From Octopus bimaculoides (lineage: Eukaryota), in NCBI RefSeq assembly GCF_001194135.2, contig NC_068986.1:10764788-10828787 (forward strand): a DNA stretch of 64,000 bases. Reading direction: 5' to 3'. Under the pieces are notes generated by a model, which was given only the letters and a program-made list of their open reading frames with translations, ran no database searches and was not told where the DNA came from. The position numbers and the translations under genes were made by a program. Below are positions 27,301 to 39,795 of this stretch, in pieces. Each line of letters opens with the position of its first letter. The stretch's first letter is position 1.

Positions 27301-27654
27301 TAGACAAAACCTGTTGTGTCATGTGTGTGTGTGTGTGTGTGCATGCATGTGTCCCCCCCCCCCTCCGCCGTGTCTTGACATCATGTGATGGCTATAAATG
27401 AGCATGACCATCATACAAGTGGTGATATCTGTTTCCAGTCCTCTGTGAAGAAACATACCTGGCCATTGGAAAATAACACTTTACTTGGAAACAGGTGAGG
27501 GTTTGTGACAAGAAGGACATCTGGCCATAGAAAACCAGCCTCAACAAATTCCATCAGACTCATACGAAGCATGGAAAAAGTAGACATTAAAAGATAATAA
27601 ATGATGAATGAATGGAAAGATCAACATAAAAGGAGGGTAAAATCAAATACTTAC

Positions 27655-27706
27655 CAATTCTGTAAATTTGTACGACAAGCCATAAGTCTTTCTCCAATGG
27701 AAGATC
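27655..27706 (-). CDS. DOCK3/4-like: DOCK3/4-like exon (52 nt)
   Basis: tttcttcccaag|GAT...ATT G|gtaagt; DLPLEKDLWLVVQIYRIG resembles DL...D.y.v..i.RIG. Confidence 0.9.
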
Positions 27707-27902
27707 CTTGGGAAGAAAATAAATATTCTAATAAAAATCTTTACAGTTTTGTAAGAAACAATGTAAAACAGGAATTTTAATGCTTCCAGGTAAAAGACTT
27801 TTTCTCTCTCCATTGCTTTTTATCAGAATAGCCTCTGGGAGTACAGAGAAATAAGGAAGTATTAAAAGACTAGTGAGGAATATAAGAGCTGCTGTTTATT
27901 AA

Positions 27903-28102
27903 CCTCTTCATTACCAACTTGGCTGAAACCAGCTCTGTCTCTGAGTACAAATGCCTTAAAATCTTCCACCATACCTTAGTCACAATTTATTTTCCTAACA
28001 CTAGCTGAATGATAACTAAGTTATTTTAGTAAATTCTTTGTTATATTTAAAATAATTAAGAGAAAAACAGAGCATCTCACAATAAATACAGTAACGAAAG
28101 GG
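27903..28102. mobile_element. piggyBac-type MITE
   Basis: TTAA|CCTCTT...AAAGGG|TTAA. Confidence 0.65.
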
Positions 28103-28644
28103 TTAAACTTGAGTTAATGCCACTGTCATGTAATCAGTATAACAGAAATAGCTTTGGTGCTTATCTTAGCTTTGAGAAGGTTACACATAAGTAAGTCTGT
28201 TAGAGATTTTGGTCATGAATAGATTTAAGCCAAGTAAAATATCATTCAATAATTTGGTACCAAGAGGCCAAATAGTGAACTGTTGGGATACCTTTTATTG
28301 CTAAGAAATCTAGATGATAGAGATTTAAGGGCCTTTTTTTGCAGGGGGAGCATCACAGTGCTGGTGATAGGGAAAGAAAAGAAAGCCAAATTTCATTAAC
28401 AGTTCTGGCTCACAGCTACATGCATGGAACAGGGACATGTTTGAGGGAAATTTCCTCAAGTTATTTGAGACGTTGCTGAAATGAGTTTGAAGAGATTCTT
28501 TGTACACCAATTCAATTTTACCCATCACACTAATGATGGTAATGAAAGGAAGGATGATATGAATTTAACAAAAGAAGAAATTAATTTCAAACAATTGAAT
28601 TAGATTTGTATAAAATAGTCTTCTATTGAAGTTGCTGAACTTAC

Positions 28645-28726
28645 CAAAAATAGACCATAGCAGTTGTTTAGTTTTTCAATGGGTTGAGTCATTCCTTGAT
28701 CATTAATTGAAACAAGGAAACGTTCA
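28645..28726 (-). CDS. DOCK3/4-like: DOCK3/4-like exon
   Basis: ctccag|T GAA...TTG|gtaagt; 82 nt; (S)ERFLVSINDQGMTQPIEKLNNCYGLFL; SERFLV is typical of DOCK3/4. Confidence 0.92.
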
Positions 28727-29374
28727 CTGGAGCATGAAGAAAAAAAAGAGAATGAAATTAAAAATTTATGATTCTAACTAACCAGACAGAATGAAACAAA
28801 ATTTATTAGTATCACCATCAATCTCGATGGCTTCACAGCATTCTCTGCCTCTTCACTCTAATAGTGATATTTCTCCATGCACCAAGATATTATGGCCTCT
28901 CTCAACTCCATGGATATCAATTCCTGTTTCATTTATTCTTTATTATAACCATATTGCTTATAATAATGATTTCTTAAAAAAGACACCAGGCTGATCACAA
29001 ATATGTTGGAACAGAGTAAAGTTGATTAAACTGACCCTATAATAATATACATAGATCCCAGAGACATGAACAGGCATAATGTATATACTGAGAACAAAAT
29101 AGACATGGCTTTTTTCAGGTCAGATATGCCCCACACATATTTGAATTGCTCTCATGTTTGTTTATTCTTCACTGTTGCTTTGGGCATCACCCATATGTTT
29201 TGTTTTGACTTGGGATTTGAAGCACAAATTCAGTAATTAATATTAATTGATTTCTTATAAAGTTAAACTATCCAGTCTGTTTAGAGTTTTTTGCTGAGTA
29301 TCTGGTACTCAAATGCCTTAACTGTTGCACCCGAAGAAACAAAAATAGAAAAATTATAACTTTGATATACTGAC

Positions 29375-29523
29375 CTGATGAATTTCAATTCACTTGCATC
29401 ATAAATGGAAAAATAGAGTTCTTTATCTTCACTTAGACTAGAAGGAAAGGTCTTGAAGTTGACAAGAATGTTGGCAATATTAAGCATTCTGCCATCATTG
29501 CTCTCTCTATCATATTTTGATGT
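29375..29523 (-). CDS. DOCK3/4-like: DOCK3/4-like exon
   Basis: ttgcag|ACA...ATC AG|gtcagt; 149 nt; TSKYDRESNDGRMLNIANILVNFKTFPSSLSEDKELYFSIYDASELKFIS resembles ED.ELyFSlYD. Confidence 0.92.
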
Positions 29524-31343
29524 CTGCAATTAGAAAAGATAAACTTGGAAATTCTCATAAACTCGACCTCTCATCCAAGAAGAAATGTAATTTACAGTTT
29601 AGAAACTGCTTTTAAAGAAAGCAACATTTGGAAAACATAAAGCACCTAAATAGTATTGCAGGAGAATAATTTTGGTTAAATCTAATTGGTGTCACAGTAG
29701 AAGAATCTTGGTTTAGTCTAATTGGCATTGTAGTATTAGTTTGTCCATTGCTGTCAATAATGACCAAGGACATCACATGGGAGAAGATGACAGGGCAAGT
29801 TGTGTCCACCTATGGCCAATCAGTTTGATGCATGCACGAAAGGATGTGCCACAGGTCAGGTATTGGTGGTCAGTTGGGACTGAGAGCAAGGAGTTGCTGG
29901 GCTTGTGTAGTTTGGGTTTTCTTTCTGGCCCTGCAATCCTATTCTATTGTTTTGTAATGTTATATGTTGATTTTTTTTGTAGAAGAAACACAAAGAAAGA
30001 GAAATCTGGAGAGCTAAAACCAACTTTGCCTTTCATCCAAAATAAAGTATCAGTCATGTACTGAGGTCAATGGTATCAACTAACCCCTTTCCCTTTAATT
30101 GCCTCAATCTGGTACTTAACAGATGCTTTATTTTATTGACTCCCAAAAGGATAAAAAGTGAAGTTGACCTTGGCAGGGTTTGATCTCAGAAAATAAAGAT
30201 CTGCAAGAAGTGCCACAAAGCACTTCCATCTGAAATGTTTAATGACTGCTAACTTGTAGTAGTAGCAGCAGTAGTAATAGTAGTTGTTGTTGTAGCAGCA
30301 GCAGTAGTAGTAGTAGTAATAATAATAATACTTTCTACATCAGGCCTGAAATTTTGGGGAGAAGGGTGGTCAATAATACTGACCCTAGTACTTGCATCAT
30401 CAACCCCAAAAGGATGAAAGGCAAAGTCAACCTTGGGGAATTTGAACTCAAAGCATAAAACCAGAAGAAATGCTGCCAAGCATTTTGTCTGGCACGGTAA
30501 CGATTCTGCCATCTCATATCTAATTCTTTGACTGACCATCTCCAGCCAGTCCAACATTTAGCCACATTGAAATAGCTTTGTTTACAATTATTTATTATTA
30601 TGGCCAGGTTCCAACCTGGGCCGCAGCAACAAAGTCCACCTGCCACGCTCCTTCGTCCAGCATTACTGTCCCGTGGTCTTGGATACAAAAGTAGAGATGG
30701 AAACAATGAAAACCTGAGTTTGGCAGATAAAACAGAGTTTGGTGATTCTTAGCATTACCACAACAACATCAAATAGACATGGCTTCATTCGAACAGCAAA
30801 AAATTGATTCTGTGCTGAATAAATGCTTACTTAAAAAAAAAAAATCCTTTTGTCTTGCAGGGTTAGACGTTACTCTCATACTTCACAATTAAGTAATTAG
30901 TTCTAAGAACCATATTTAGCCGTAAAAAACAAAACAAAACAATTCCATGAAAATAGGTTACAAAATTTTCAGAACTCTGGTAACAGAGAAGTGGAAAACA
31001 ATCCTTTCTGAGCCACTCCTGTTCCCTGCCCAACACACTGATATTTACCATTCTGGTTCACTGGTCCCTACATTCAACTCTATCCCAATCTCTAACCATC
31101 TGTCACTTTTCTCTCATTCTAAAATCAACCTATCCCCTTACTTTTCCTGATTCTTTTATTTGTTTCAATGATTTGACTGTAGCCATGCTGGAGCACCACC
31201 TTTAGTTGAACAAATCGACCCCCAGGACTTATTCTTTCCTAGTACTTATGCTATCATTCTCTTTTGCTGAACCGCTAAGTTACAGGGACATAAACACACC
31301 AACATCAGTCGTCAAGTGATGGTGAGGGGACAAACACAGATGC

Positions 31344-31380
<37 letters not shown>

Positions 31381-32314
31381 TACACGTTTCCATCTACCAA
31401 ATCCACTCACAAGGTTTTGGTCGGCCTGAGGCTATAGTAGAGAACACNNNNNNNNNNNNNNNNNNNNNNNNNNNNNNNNNNNNNNNNNNNNNNNNNNNNN
31501 NNNNNNNNNNNNNNNNNNNNNNNNNNNNNNNNNNNNNNNNNNNNNNNNNNNNNNNNNNNNNNNNNNNNNNNNAACTTACCATACAGCCACTCCTGCACGT
31601 ATTTTTTTAAACTCACCTTCTTATGCTTTGAGGGTATATTCTGGCACCCCATCACTACCATCTTTATCTCCCTACCAACTACTCTCATTCACCCTTATAT
31701 AATGTGGGGCAGCTGTGTGTCTCCTTTATAGTAAGACACTTGGCATAAAACCACCTACCCCCTTTTTCTTTGTTTTATGAGTTACTTTGTGATCTCACTA
31801 AAGCTGGTGCCATGAATAAAGCACCCAGGACACTCTGCAAAGTGTGTTGGCATTAGAGGAGACATCCAGCCACAAAAACTATGCCCCTAGGTCCTTAAAC
31901 CCTGTCAAACCATCCAACCCTCACCAATATGATGAGGATGAGTGACTATAAAACAATATTCTATGATTCATTTTGAAATATCAAATAAATCTGGTCAGCT
32001 GTGAGGATAAGTACCATTGCTGCATTCCACCCTTTCTAGGTATATTCCTGGGTTCTCCCAGGCGACCCCTTGAGCACAGACCCAGTCAGTCCCCAACTTT
32101 ACAAAATATCTCCTCATCAGCCGTGACCATGTGACACGCAGTTGACCAACTGAAGCCACCAACCCAGCTGGATCCTCAGTGAAGCGCACACTGTAAGCAG
32201 GGTCAAATTGAGCAACATGGCCAAACAGTCTGAACTGGCATTTCTAAACCATACAAGTTACAGGACACATCCAAGTTTTTGAGTAGGGTCATTCATTATT
32301 CTTTTAATCTTTTA

Positions 32315-32695
32315 TTCTTTTACTCGTTTCAGTTATTTTGACTACAGCCATGCAGGAGCCCCACTTTTAGTCAAACAAATCAACCCCAGGGCTTATTCTT
32401 TGTAAGCCTAGTGCTTATTCTATCGGTCTCTTTTGCTGAACTGCTAAGTTACGGGGATGTAAACACACCAACATTGGTTGTCAAGCTATGGTGAAGGGGA
32501 CAAACACATATATATATATATATATATATATACACGATGGGCTTCTTTCAGTTTCCATCTACCAAATCCACTCACAAGGCTTTGGTCAGCCTGAGACTAT
32601 AGTAGAAAACACTTGCCCAAGGTGCAATGCAGTGGGACTGAACCCGGAACCACATGGTTGGGAAGCAAGCTTCTTACCACACAGCCACTCCTGCA
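32315..32695 (-). mobile_element. SINE family A
   Basis: near full-length reverse-complement copy with internal (TA)n. Confidence 0.75.
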
Positions 32696-32875
32696 TGAAC
32701 AAAATCTGATTAATGGTAAGAGATAATCCTGCAAAGCATCCTGGTACCAAAGGGGCTCAGGCTCAAATGAATTAACAAAACTAAATTCTAGAACCTGACT
32801 TTAATAAATCCTGATATTTTAATATTTTGGTTACATTGTCATGGTTACATAAGAAAAACAGAAGGTACAACTTAC

Positions 32876-32996
32876 TTTGACATCTCGTAAAGAAGAATCG
32901 CTTTCTTTGTGAATCCGATAAAGTTGAACAATACTGATTTTATCAGCATCCACCTGTTCTCCATTTAAACGAGGTACCAAATCTAAGGAGAGTGTT
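32876..32996 (-). CDS. DOCK3/4-like: DOCK3/4-like exon (DOCK_N region)
   Basis: ttttctag|A ACA...AAA|gtaagt; 121 nt; TLSLDLVPRLNGEQVDADKISIVQLYRIHKESDSSLRDVK contains the L.LDLVPR...LY..H motif. Confidence 0.93.
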
Positions 32997-33139
32997 CTAG
33001 AAAATGAACAGAGAATGTTAAAAAAAGGAAATAAAACATGCATTTTTATTGCTGTTGGTATATATAGAGCAAAATAGTGTAGAAATCTAAAACAAATTTG
33101 ACTCCGAATTGGTTTTCATTCATTTATTTTAGTAGTAGC

Positions 33140-33530
33140 ATCATCATCCTCATTGTTTAACGTCTGCTTTCCATGCTGGCATGGGTTGGACAGGCTGCAC
33201 CAGGCTCCAATCTGATCTGGCAATATTTCTACAGCTGGATGCCCTTCCTAACACCAACCACTCTGGGAGAGAAGTGGGTGCTTTTTACATGCCACCAACA
33301 TGGGAGCCAGTCAGGCGGCACAGGCATCGGCCATGTTCAGATGGTGCTTTTTATGTGCCACCAGCATGGGAGCCAGTCAGGTGGTACTGGCACCGGCTAT
33401 GTTCAGATGGTGCTTTTTACGTGCCACCAGCATGGGAGCCAGTCAGGTGGTACTGGCACCAGCCACGTTCGGATGGTGCTTTTTACATGCCACCAGCATG
33501 GGAGCCAGTCAGGTGGTATTGGCACCAGCC
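33140..33530 (-). mobile_element. SINE-like family C with 66-bp tandem array running into an N gap
   Basis: GGGAGCCAGTCAGG at 33302, 33368, 33434, 33500. Confidence 0.85.
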
Positions 33531-33996
33531 NNNNNNNNNNNNNNNNNNNNNNNNNNNNNNNNNNNNNNNNNNNNNNNNNNNNNNNNNNNNNNNNNNNNNN
33601 NNNNNNNNNNNNNNNNNNNNNNNNNNNNNNNNNNNNNNNNNNNNNNNNNNNNNNNNNNNNNNNNNNNNNNNNNNNNNNNNNNNNNNNNNNNNNNNNNNNN
33701 NNNNNNNNNNNNNNNNNNNNNNNNNNNNNNNNNNNNNNNNNNNNNNNNNNNNNNNNNNNNNNNNNNNNNNNNNNNNNNNNNNNNNNNNNNNNNNNNNNNN
33801 NNNNNNNNNNNNNNNNNNNNNNNNNNNNNNNNNNNNNNNNNNNNNNNNNNNNNNNNNNNNNNNNNNNNNNNNNNNNNNNNNNNNNNNNNNNNNNNNNNNN
33901 NNNNNNNNNNNNNNNNNNNNNNNNNNNNNNNNNNNNNNNNNNNNNNNNNNNNNNNNNNNNNNNNNNNNNNNNNATTCAGTCCACAGCATTGTGCGA

Positions 33997-34110
33997 GTGA
34001 CCAGGGTACTTCACTTTCTAGGGCCTGTGACCAGGGTACTTCACTTTCTAGGGCCTGTGACCAGGGTACTTCACTTTCTAGGGCCTGTGACCAGGGTACT
34101 TCACTCTCTA
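33997..34110. repeat. 30-bp minisatellite, about 3.8 copies
   Basis: GTGACCAGGGTACTTCACTTTCTAGGGCCT identical three times plus a partial copy. Confidence 0.95.
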
Positions 34111-34319
34111 TACTTACTGCTTTAACCCGTTATACCTATCCATCTGAGACCACCTTTGATTTTATGGTACAAATTTCTTGTTTTAAAGGTGATCTACATT
34201 TAATATGTTCCATCAAAATTTCATGTTTATTTATTACTAAATTCGTTAGGCAATGACAAAAGACCGAGACCGCTGGACGTATGCTGTGACTGAGAAAACA
34301 TGGCAAATAAAGTGAGTTC

Positions 34320-34790
34320 ACAGCTGTAACCTACACCAGCATCACAAAACCAGCCCTAGCCCACTCAAAAGTACCTTGGATCGTAGGGCGACATGCCATG
34401 CTTGAGGAGACCTATTGAGTCAAGTACATCAACATCAATATCAAAATGAAATCAAATGGAAATTGTAGTTGTGACCCTGTGCCGGTAGCACGTAAAAAGC
34501 ACCATCCAAACATGGCTGATGCCAGTGCCACTTTGACTGGTCTCCGTGCCAGTGGCATGTAAAAAGCACCATCTGATCGTGGTTGATGCCAGCTCCTCTG
34601 ACCCCTGTGCTGGTGGCATGTAAAAATCACCCACTACATACTCGAAGTGGTTGGCATTAGGAAGGACATCCAGCTGTAGAAACACTGCCAGATCAGATTG
34701 AGGCTAGGTGCATCCTCCTGGCTTACCAAACCCCAGTCGAACCATCCAACCCATGCCAGCATGGAAAATGGACGTTAAACAATGATAATA
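34320..34790 (+). mobile_element. SINE-like family C
   Basis: two to three internal units, core and GGACGTTAAAC end; opposite orientation to 33140-33530. Confidence 0.75.
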
Positions 34791-35369
34791 AATTAAAACA
34801 AGGTGAATTTCAACAGAAATATGGTTAAGATAGGTTCAATATGACAATTATTCAACTAAATTCTTATTTTCAAAAAAAAAAAAAAAAGCAAAAGTAGTCC
34901 ATTTCAACAAAATAAAACAGAAATAATAGTTTCAAATTTTGGCACAAGACCAAAAAGACGAAAGGCAAACTGACCTCGGTGAAATTTGAACTCAAAACGT
35001 AAATACATGAAATACTGCTAAGCATTTTGCCTGATATGTTAACAATTTTGCCAATACACCACCTTAACCTCTTCGTTAAGATATTTCAACAGAAATATGT
35101 CTACAAGGTTAAGTCAGTGATTTAGTGTGGAACTTCCTAAGTTTGCAATGCTAAGACTGTATTTTCCTTTCAGCTGGCATGAAGCTGCAAGAAATTATGG
35201 CTCTATATTCTGTTGAAGAGAACCTAAAAATGGCACCATTCATAAGAAATTCCATCTGTAACCAAAACTTTCAATGATTATAAAACAGCAGCAAATAACT
35301 AAATGAGATCAGTATTTATGGCAAGTTAATCAATTTTGAGCTTTTGATAACATTTTAATTTAAACATAC

Positions 35370-35515
35370 TTGTTTCCCCAGTCAATTTTACGAGTAATCT
35401 TCATTTTCAGTTCTTGACAATTATCCTGGGTTTGGGTATCTGCCAGTAAGGTACGTCGCATGGAAATTAAATCCATCATGATGTTGTGAAGACTGTACCA
35501 CATTCCTTTTTGATC
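35370..35515 (-). CDS. DOCK3/4-like: DOCK3/4-like exon (DOCK_N region)
   Basis: ttccag|GAT...AAC AA|gtatgt; 146 nt; DQKGMWYSLHNIMMDLISMRRTLLADTQTQDNCQELKMKITRKIDWGNK contains the IDWGN motif. Confidence 0.93.
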
Positions 35516-36100
35516 CTGGAAAATAAAAAGTAAAAAAAATGAATTAGTAAAATGCCACACAATATTCCAATGGCAAAGACTTCCCACCTGCAGGTTAATG
35601 TCAGGGAAGAAATATCAGAGATGAATTTAGTTTTATTCAATTGAGACAGCTTATACAAGTACAAGCTATACAGATGTTTCTTAAAATGGAGGCAATGTGA
35701 TTGCGTAACATTCATGCCTTTCTTGAGAGTATTAGTAGCACACATGTAAAAAGAAATTGGTAACAGGTAACTTACCTCTACTAAACAGCACATTATCATC
35801 ATTATCATCATCATAGAGGCAAATAACAAGGCGAAAGGCTTTATACAGAAAGGGTGGGGAAGAGAGATTGTGTTACAATTACATATCTCTCAAGAGCATT
35901 AGCAATGGAAGGCCAAAGGGACTGCAATCAAAACTAAAAACTGGATTGTGGAATTAGCTTTCTAGAATTTTACTTCTTGCAGACACATCACTAATTAACA
36001 TCAAGTTTCAGTATTATAATTAAAAGAAAAATAACAGTAAATATTAAGATGGACATGACATTCAGTGGTACAAGCTTGAGCAAGAGAACGATGATTAGAA

Positions 36101-36614
36101 CAGAGGTTGGCAAAGTGGTCAATATTGACCCCTGGGGGTGGGGATGTCTGTGTGGCTCTCCAAGGGATCAATAAACACCTAAAATGATTTTCAGCATTAA
36201 GGGTCTTGGATTATGAGCAAAATGAATCTGGAAGAGTGTGATTACTTAAGACTAAAAACTTGCTAATTTCCAACAAAATAGCAATACAATAGAAACATAT
36301 TCCAACATATATTTCACATTAAAAGATTCTGATTATTTCAATAAAACAGGACCAAAATTTTGACTCTTTTTCATCAGTTTTGTTAAAGATTTTTCATCAA
36401 ATTTCTTCAAATGTTTTGTGTTAAGAAATCATTAATGTGACAAAAGAAACAAGGAAATTATTTGATTTTAAATCCTGAAATTTTTTTATATTAATTATAC
36501 TTCTTAGTCTTATTTTAGAAATTTACACATGACAGAGGGGAGGGAGGAGGAATCAATTAGTTACCAATGATTCCATGAAAGCGTTAATGATATAAGAAGT
36601 TTTGCCGACCCCTG
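36101..36614. mobile_element. hAT-type non-autonomous element
   Basis: TIRs CAGAGGTTGGCAAA / TTTGCCGACCCCTG (12/14); TSD poorly conserved. Confidence 0.6.
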
Positions 36615-37318
36615 GTCTTAAGGGATTTAGCATGGGTTTACAGTTTTAAAAAACAATCTTGCTAGAGTTGATTTAACTAAGAATTAATATTACGATTATC
36701 ACATGCAGTGGGATATCTGGCACACTAAGAGAAGGATGGTATGTTAGAATATTCAAACTGGTTCAACTATATTTAGAAAAAAAATAATACTCAATTCTTG
36801 GAATAACCATCAATATTCAACAAACAACTCATTATGTTTGGCTGGGGTGGGGAACTGCTTTCTTGATTATGATTTAATTAGAATCACTTATGTCCCAATT
36901 TTACTCTTAATTTTATTTTGAATCATAAGTGTCATCCTCATCATTTAAACATCCATTTTCAATGCTGACATGAGTTGGATGGTTTGACAGGAGGTGATAA
37001 GGCTTTGGGCCCACACCAGTCTCCAGTTGTCTGTTTTGGTTTGGTTTCTACAGCTGGATGTCCTTCCTAACACTAACCACTTTACAGAGTGTACTAGGTG
37101 CTTTTTATGTGGCTTTTTACAGGACACCAGTACAGAGTCACATGTGTATAACTTTACAAACATCTTTACTGCATGCACCAGTCAGATATACATTTACTTA
37201 TATGTCTTATATAAAAAATAAAAAAAATATTAAATGCCTTTCAGAACAGTGCTTATTTCCCTTCCTTTTTTCAACCACTCACATCAAAATGGAGAATAAC
37301 AGCTGACATATTCTTTAA

Positions 37319-37533
37319 CCCGTCAGCATTCAGATTGTTTTTCATATGTAATATCTATTATTCACACGGTTTTGAAATACTTATGCATTATTTTGTAGCT
37401 TTGAGATATCAATGATGTGATTGTTTGTTTTTCACAATGACATTGTAGAGTAAGTCAGAGAGACTGGATCTGGCCAGTTTGAACATAAAACAGAATATTT
37501 GGGCCGGATATGGCCAATTTAAATGTTAAAGAG
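37319..37533. mobile_element. piggyBac-type MITE
   Basis: TTAA on both flanks; internal sequence shared with 56547-56765 and 59798-60011. Confidence 0.75.
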
Positions 37534-38426
37534 TTAAACAATGTCCTTTTCTACCACTATCAATGTAGAATCTTGTGCATTCTTTAGTGGTCTTTCATAA
37601 TTATTAAATACAGTGAAGGAAATGCTTTGCTGATGAGATCAGAATACACAAAAAATAATGTGTCTAAAGTTGTCTCCCATACTTGCCATAAAAATTGAAA
37701 ATAATGTCATTTATCAATATTGTTTTTCCCTACTCAAATATAGATTTCAAATGGATTATTCTTGTTTAAGTTCTCTATTCAACCATGTCTACAGTCTGCA
37801 AAAGAAGAAGAATCAACAGCCTCTCTGCCAAACTTATAACAACATAACAAGAACACTGTTTTCAACTTTTATTGAAATTCTCTCACACAGTCAAATACTA
37901 TAGAACTGTATTCTCTTGGCTTATAGACCCCACCCCCTCATCTCTCTCTCTCTCTCTCTCTCTCTTTGTCTTGTATCCTTGACTTAGACATTTCACAGAG
38001 TAAATTACACACTGCCAGTAAGTATGTTAAATGAGAGAAGAGGAGGGGGTGGGATACTGGAAGCAATTTATTTGTGTGGGTTGCTTGCACTTCTCAACAT
38101 GAATGCAGCAAAGTAGAGCAAAAAAGTATAAGAAAATTGATTAAAAATGATTAGAGAAGAAAATGAAGAGGATGCCTGGAGACAAACAGGCTTTTGTATG
38201 GTTGCACGGAAGCCCTAAAGATTGCCAGAAATGTCAGAGCNNNNNNNNNNNNNNNNNNNNNNNNNNNNNNNNNNNNNNNNNNNNNNNNNNNNNNNNNNNN
38301 NNNNNNNNNNNNNNNNNNNNNNNNNNNNNNNNNNNNNNNNNNNNNNNNNNNNNNNNNNNNNNNNNNNAAAGGGGAATGAAAATGAAAAGGGAGGAAAATA
38401 TGGGAATGAAATGTGAAAAATATGAA

Positions 38427-38479
<53 letters not shown>

Positions 38480-39409
38480 GGCAACATGTTCCCCTCTCAG
38501 ATTTAAACACTCATTGCTGTCGTCACTCAGTTTTCTTAAGCCCTGTAAAACAAAAAAAAACTTAGGTGAGGCCTCCAACCAGGCCTTTTACAATACCCTT
38601 AAAGACAGGAATTTCTCAAGATCCCCTCACATGTATTATCCGTATTCTGCAGTTGGGTGCCATTCATGACACAAACACTTTTAGCTGCTTCAAACATACA
38701 GGGAAAGGCATGATGTACCTAATCTCAAAATGGAATATACATGGTGTAGGTGTCTATGTATTTTACTATTTTTTACCATTCATTGGGTGGCTAAATTAGA
38801 TTGAATTAAGTTAAATATCCTCATTCTGCATTGCCTAATCATTTGCATTTCCTCACTACTGACTCAAAGGGAAGCCACCATTAGCCATTCTGAACAAGAC
38901 AATCACATAACCACAACTTCAACTGCTGTTCAAACTGGAATTTTGGTGATGCACCTGTTTGAGCATACCTCTCAGGTTGAGTCATCCTGACAAAAACTCC
39001 TCCTATCCTTTATTTATTTATTTACATATATATATATATGGGTGGGTAAGTAGGCATTCTTCGAGATTTTGTAGTCAAATCTTATTTAACTACCCACACA
39101 TAAACAGACACACACACACGACACACACACACACACAGACACACACACACACACGACACACACTCTAATGAGCTATAAGAAATAATTCTGATTGGTTAGT
39201 GGCATGTATTTGAACAACATAGAAAAATACAGGTCTATGAAATACCCATCTTGATTTATTAAAATTTTCTTTGCCTCTCGAACATGTATCATCATTACAA
39301 AATGGCATTTAAGGCCAGCACCACTTCAGAGAACACTGCTTCATGTTCTTGTCAGTGAGATATCAAGGGCCAAGGTAGAACTGGCACAGCTTACGGCTGT
39401 GCCAGTCTG

Positions 39410-39795
39410 TTTATTTCGGTTCAGTCTCAGTTCCATTTATTTTGGTTCAGTTCCGTTTATTTTGGTTCGGTTCTGTTTATTTCGGTTACTGTTTATTTCA
39501 GTTCAGTCTCAGTTCCGTCTGTGCTCTCACGCACATTGAGCAGCAAGCTGATACCACTGGCTTCTCTGTTGGCTATGGTTTTTCTCTGCATCCATCATAT
39601 CAAACATCTCCTATCAATGTTCTGAGTCATGTAGTTTTTGGTCTTCCTCTATTCTTCCCTCCTAACACTGTTGGCCTACACACAAAGATCCAGCTCTATA
39701 ATAGCATAGTTCTACCAACAGTCGTCTATCAGACATGGAAGAGCACACTGGAAATCAACAGAAAGTTAGATTGCTCCACCAAATATGCTTGAGAA
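39410..39795. mobile_element. decayed RTE LINE fragment in two orientations
   Basis: minus 39410-39663: GGKNRGRPKTT...QCA*EHRRN* plus a repetitive tail; plus 39664-39795: TKIQLYNSIVLPTVVY...RKLD. Confidence 0.65.

Noticed and set aside
33300-33530. CRISPR-like array
   Set aside because: Contiguous tandem units with no unique spacers, in a eukaryotic intron with no cas genes.
33173-34256. Long ORFs of 275-318 aa
   Set aside because: Made of 66-bp SINE units and N runs. The same applies to ORFs at 42133-42862, 45678-46358, 52889-53494 and 53953-54737.
38400-38545. Strong minus-strand acceptor TTTTGTTTTACAG|GGC
   Set aside because: Runs into a (CT)n tract and a gap with no donor; the flanking DOCK exons already join collinearly.
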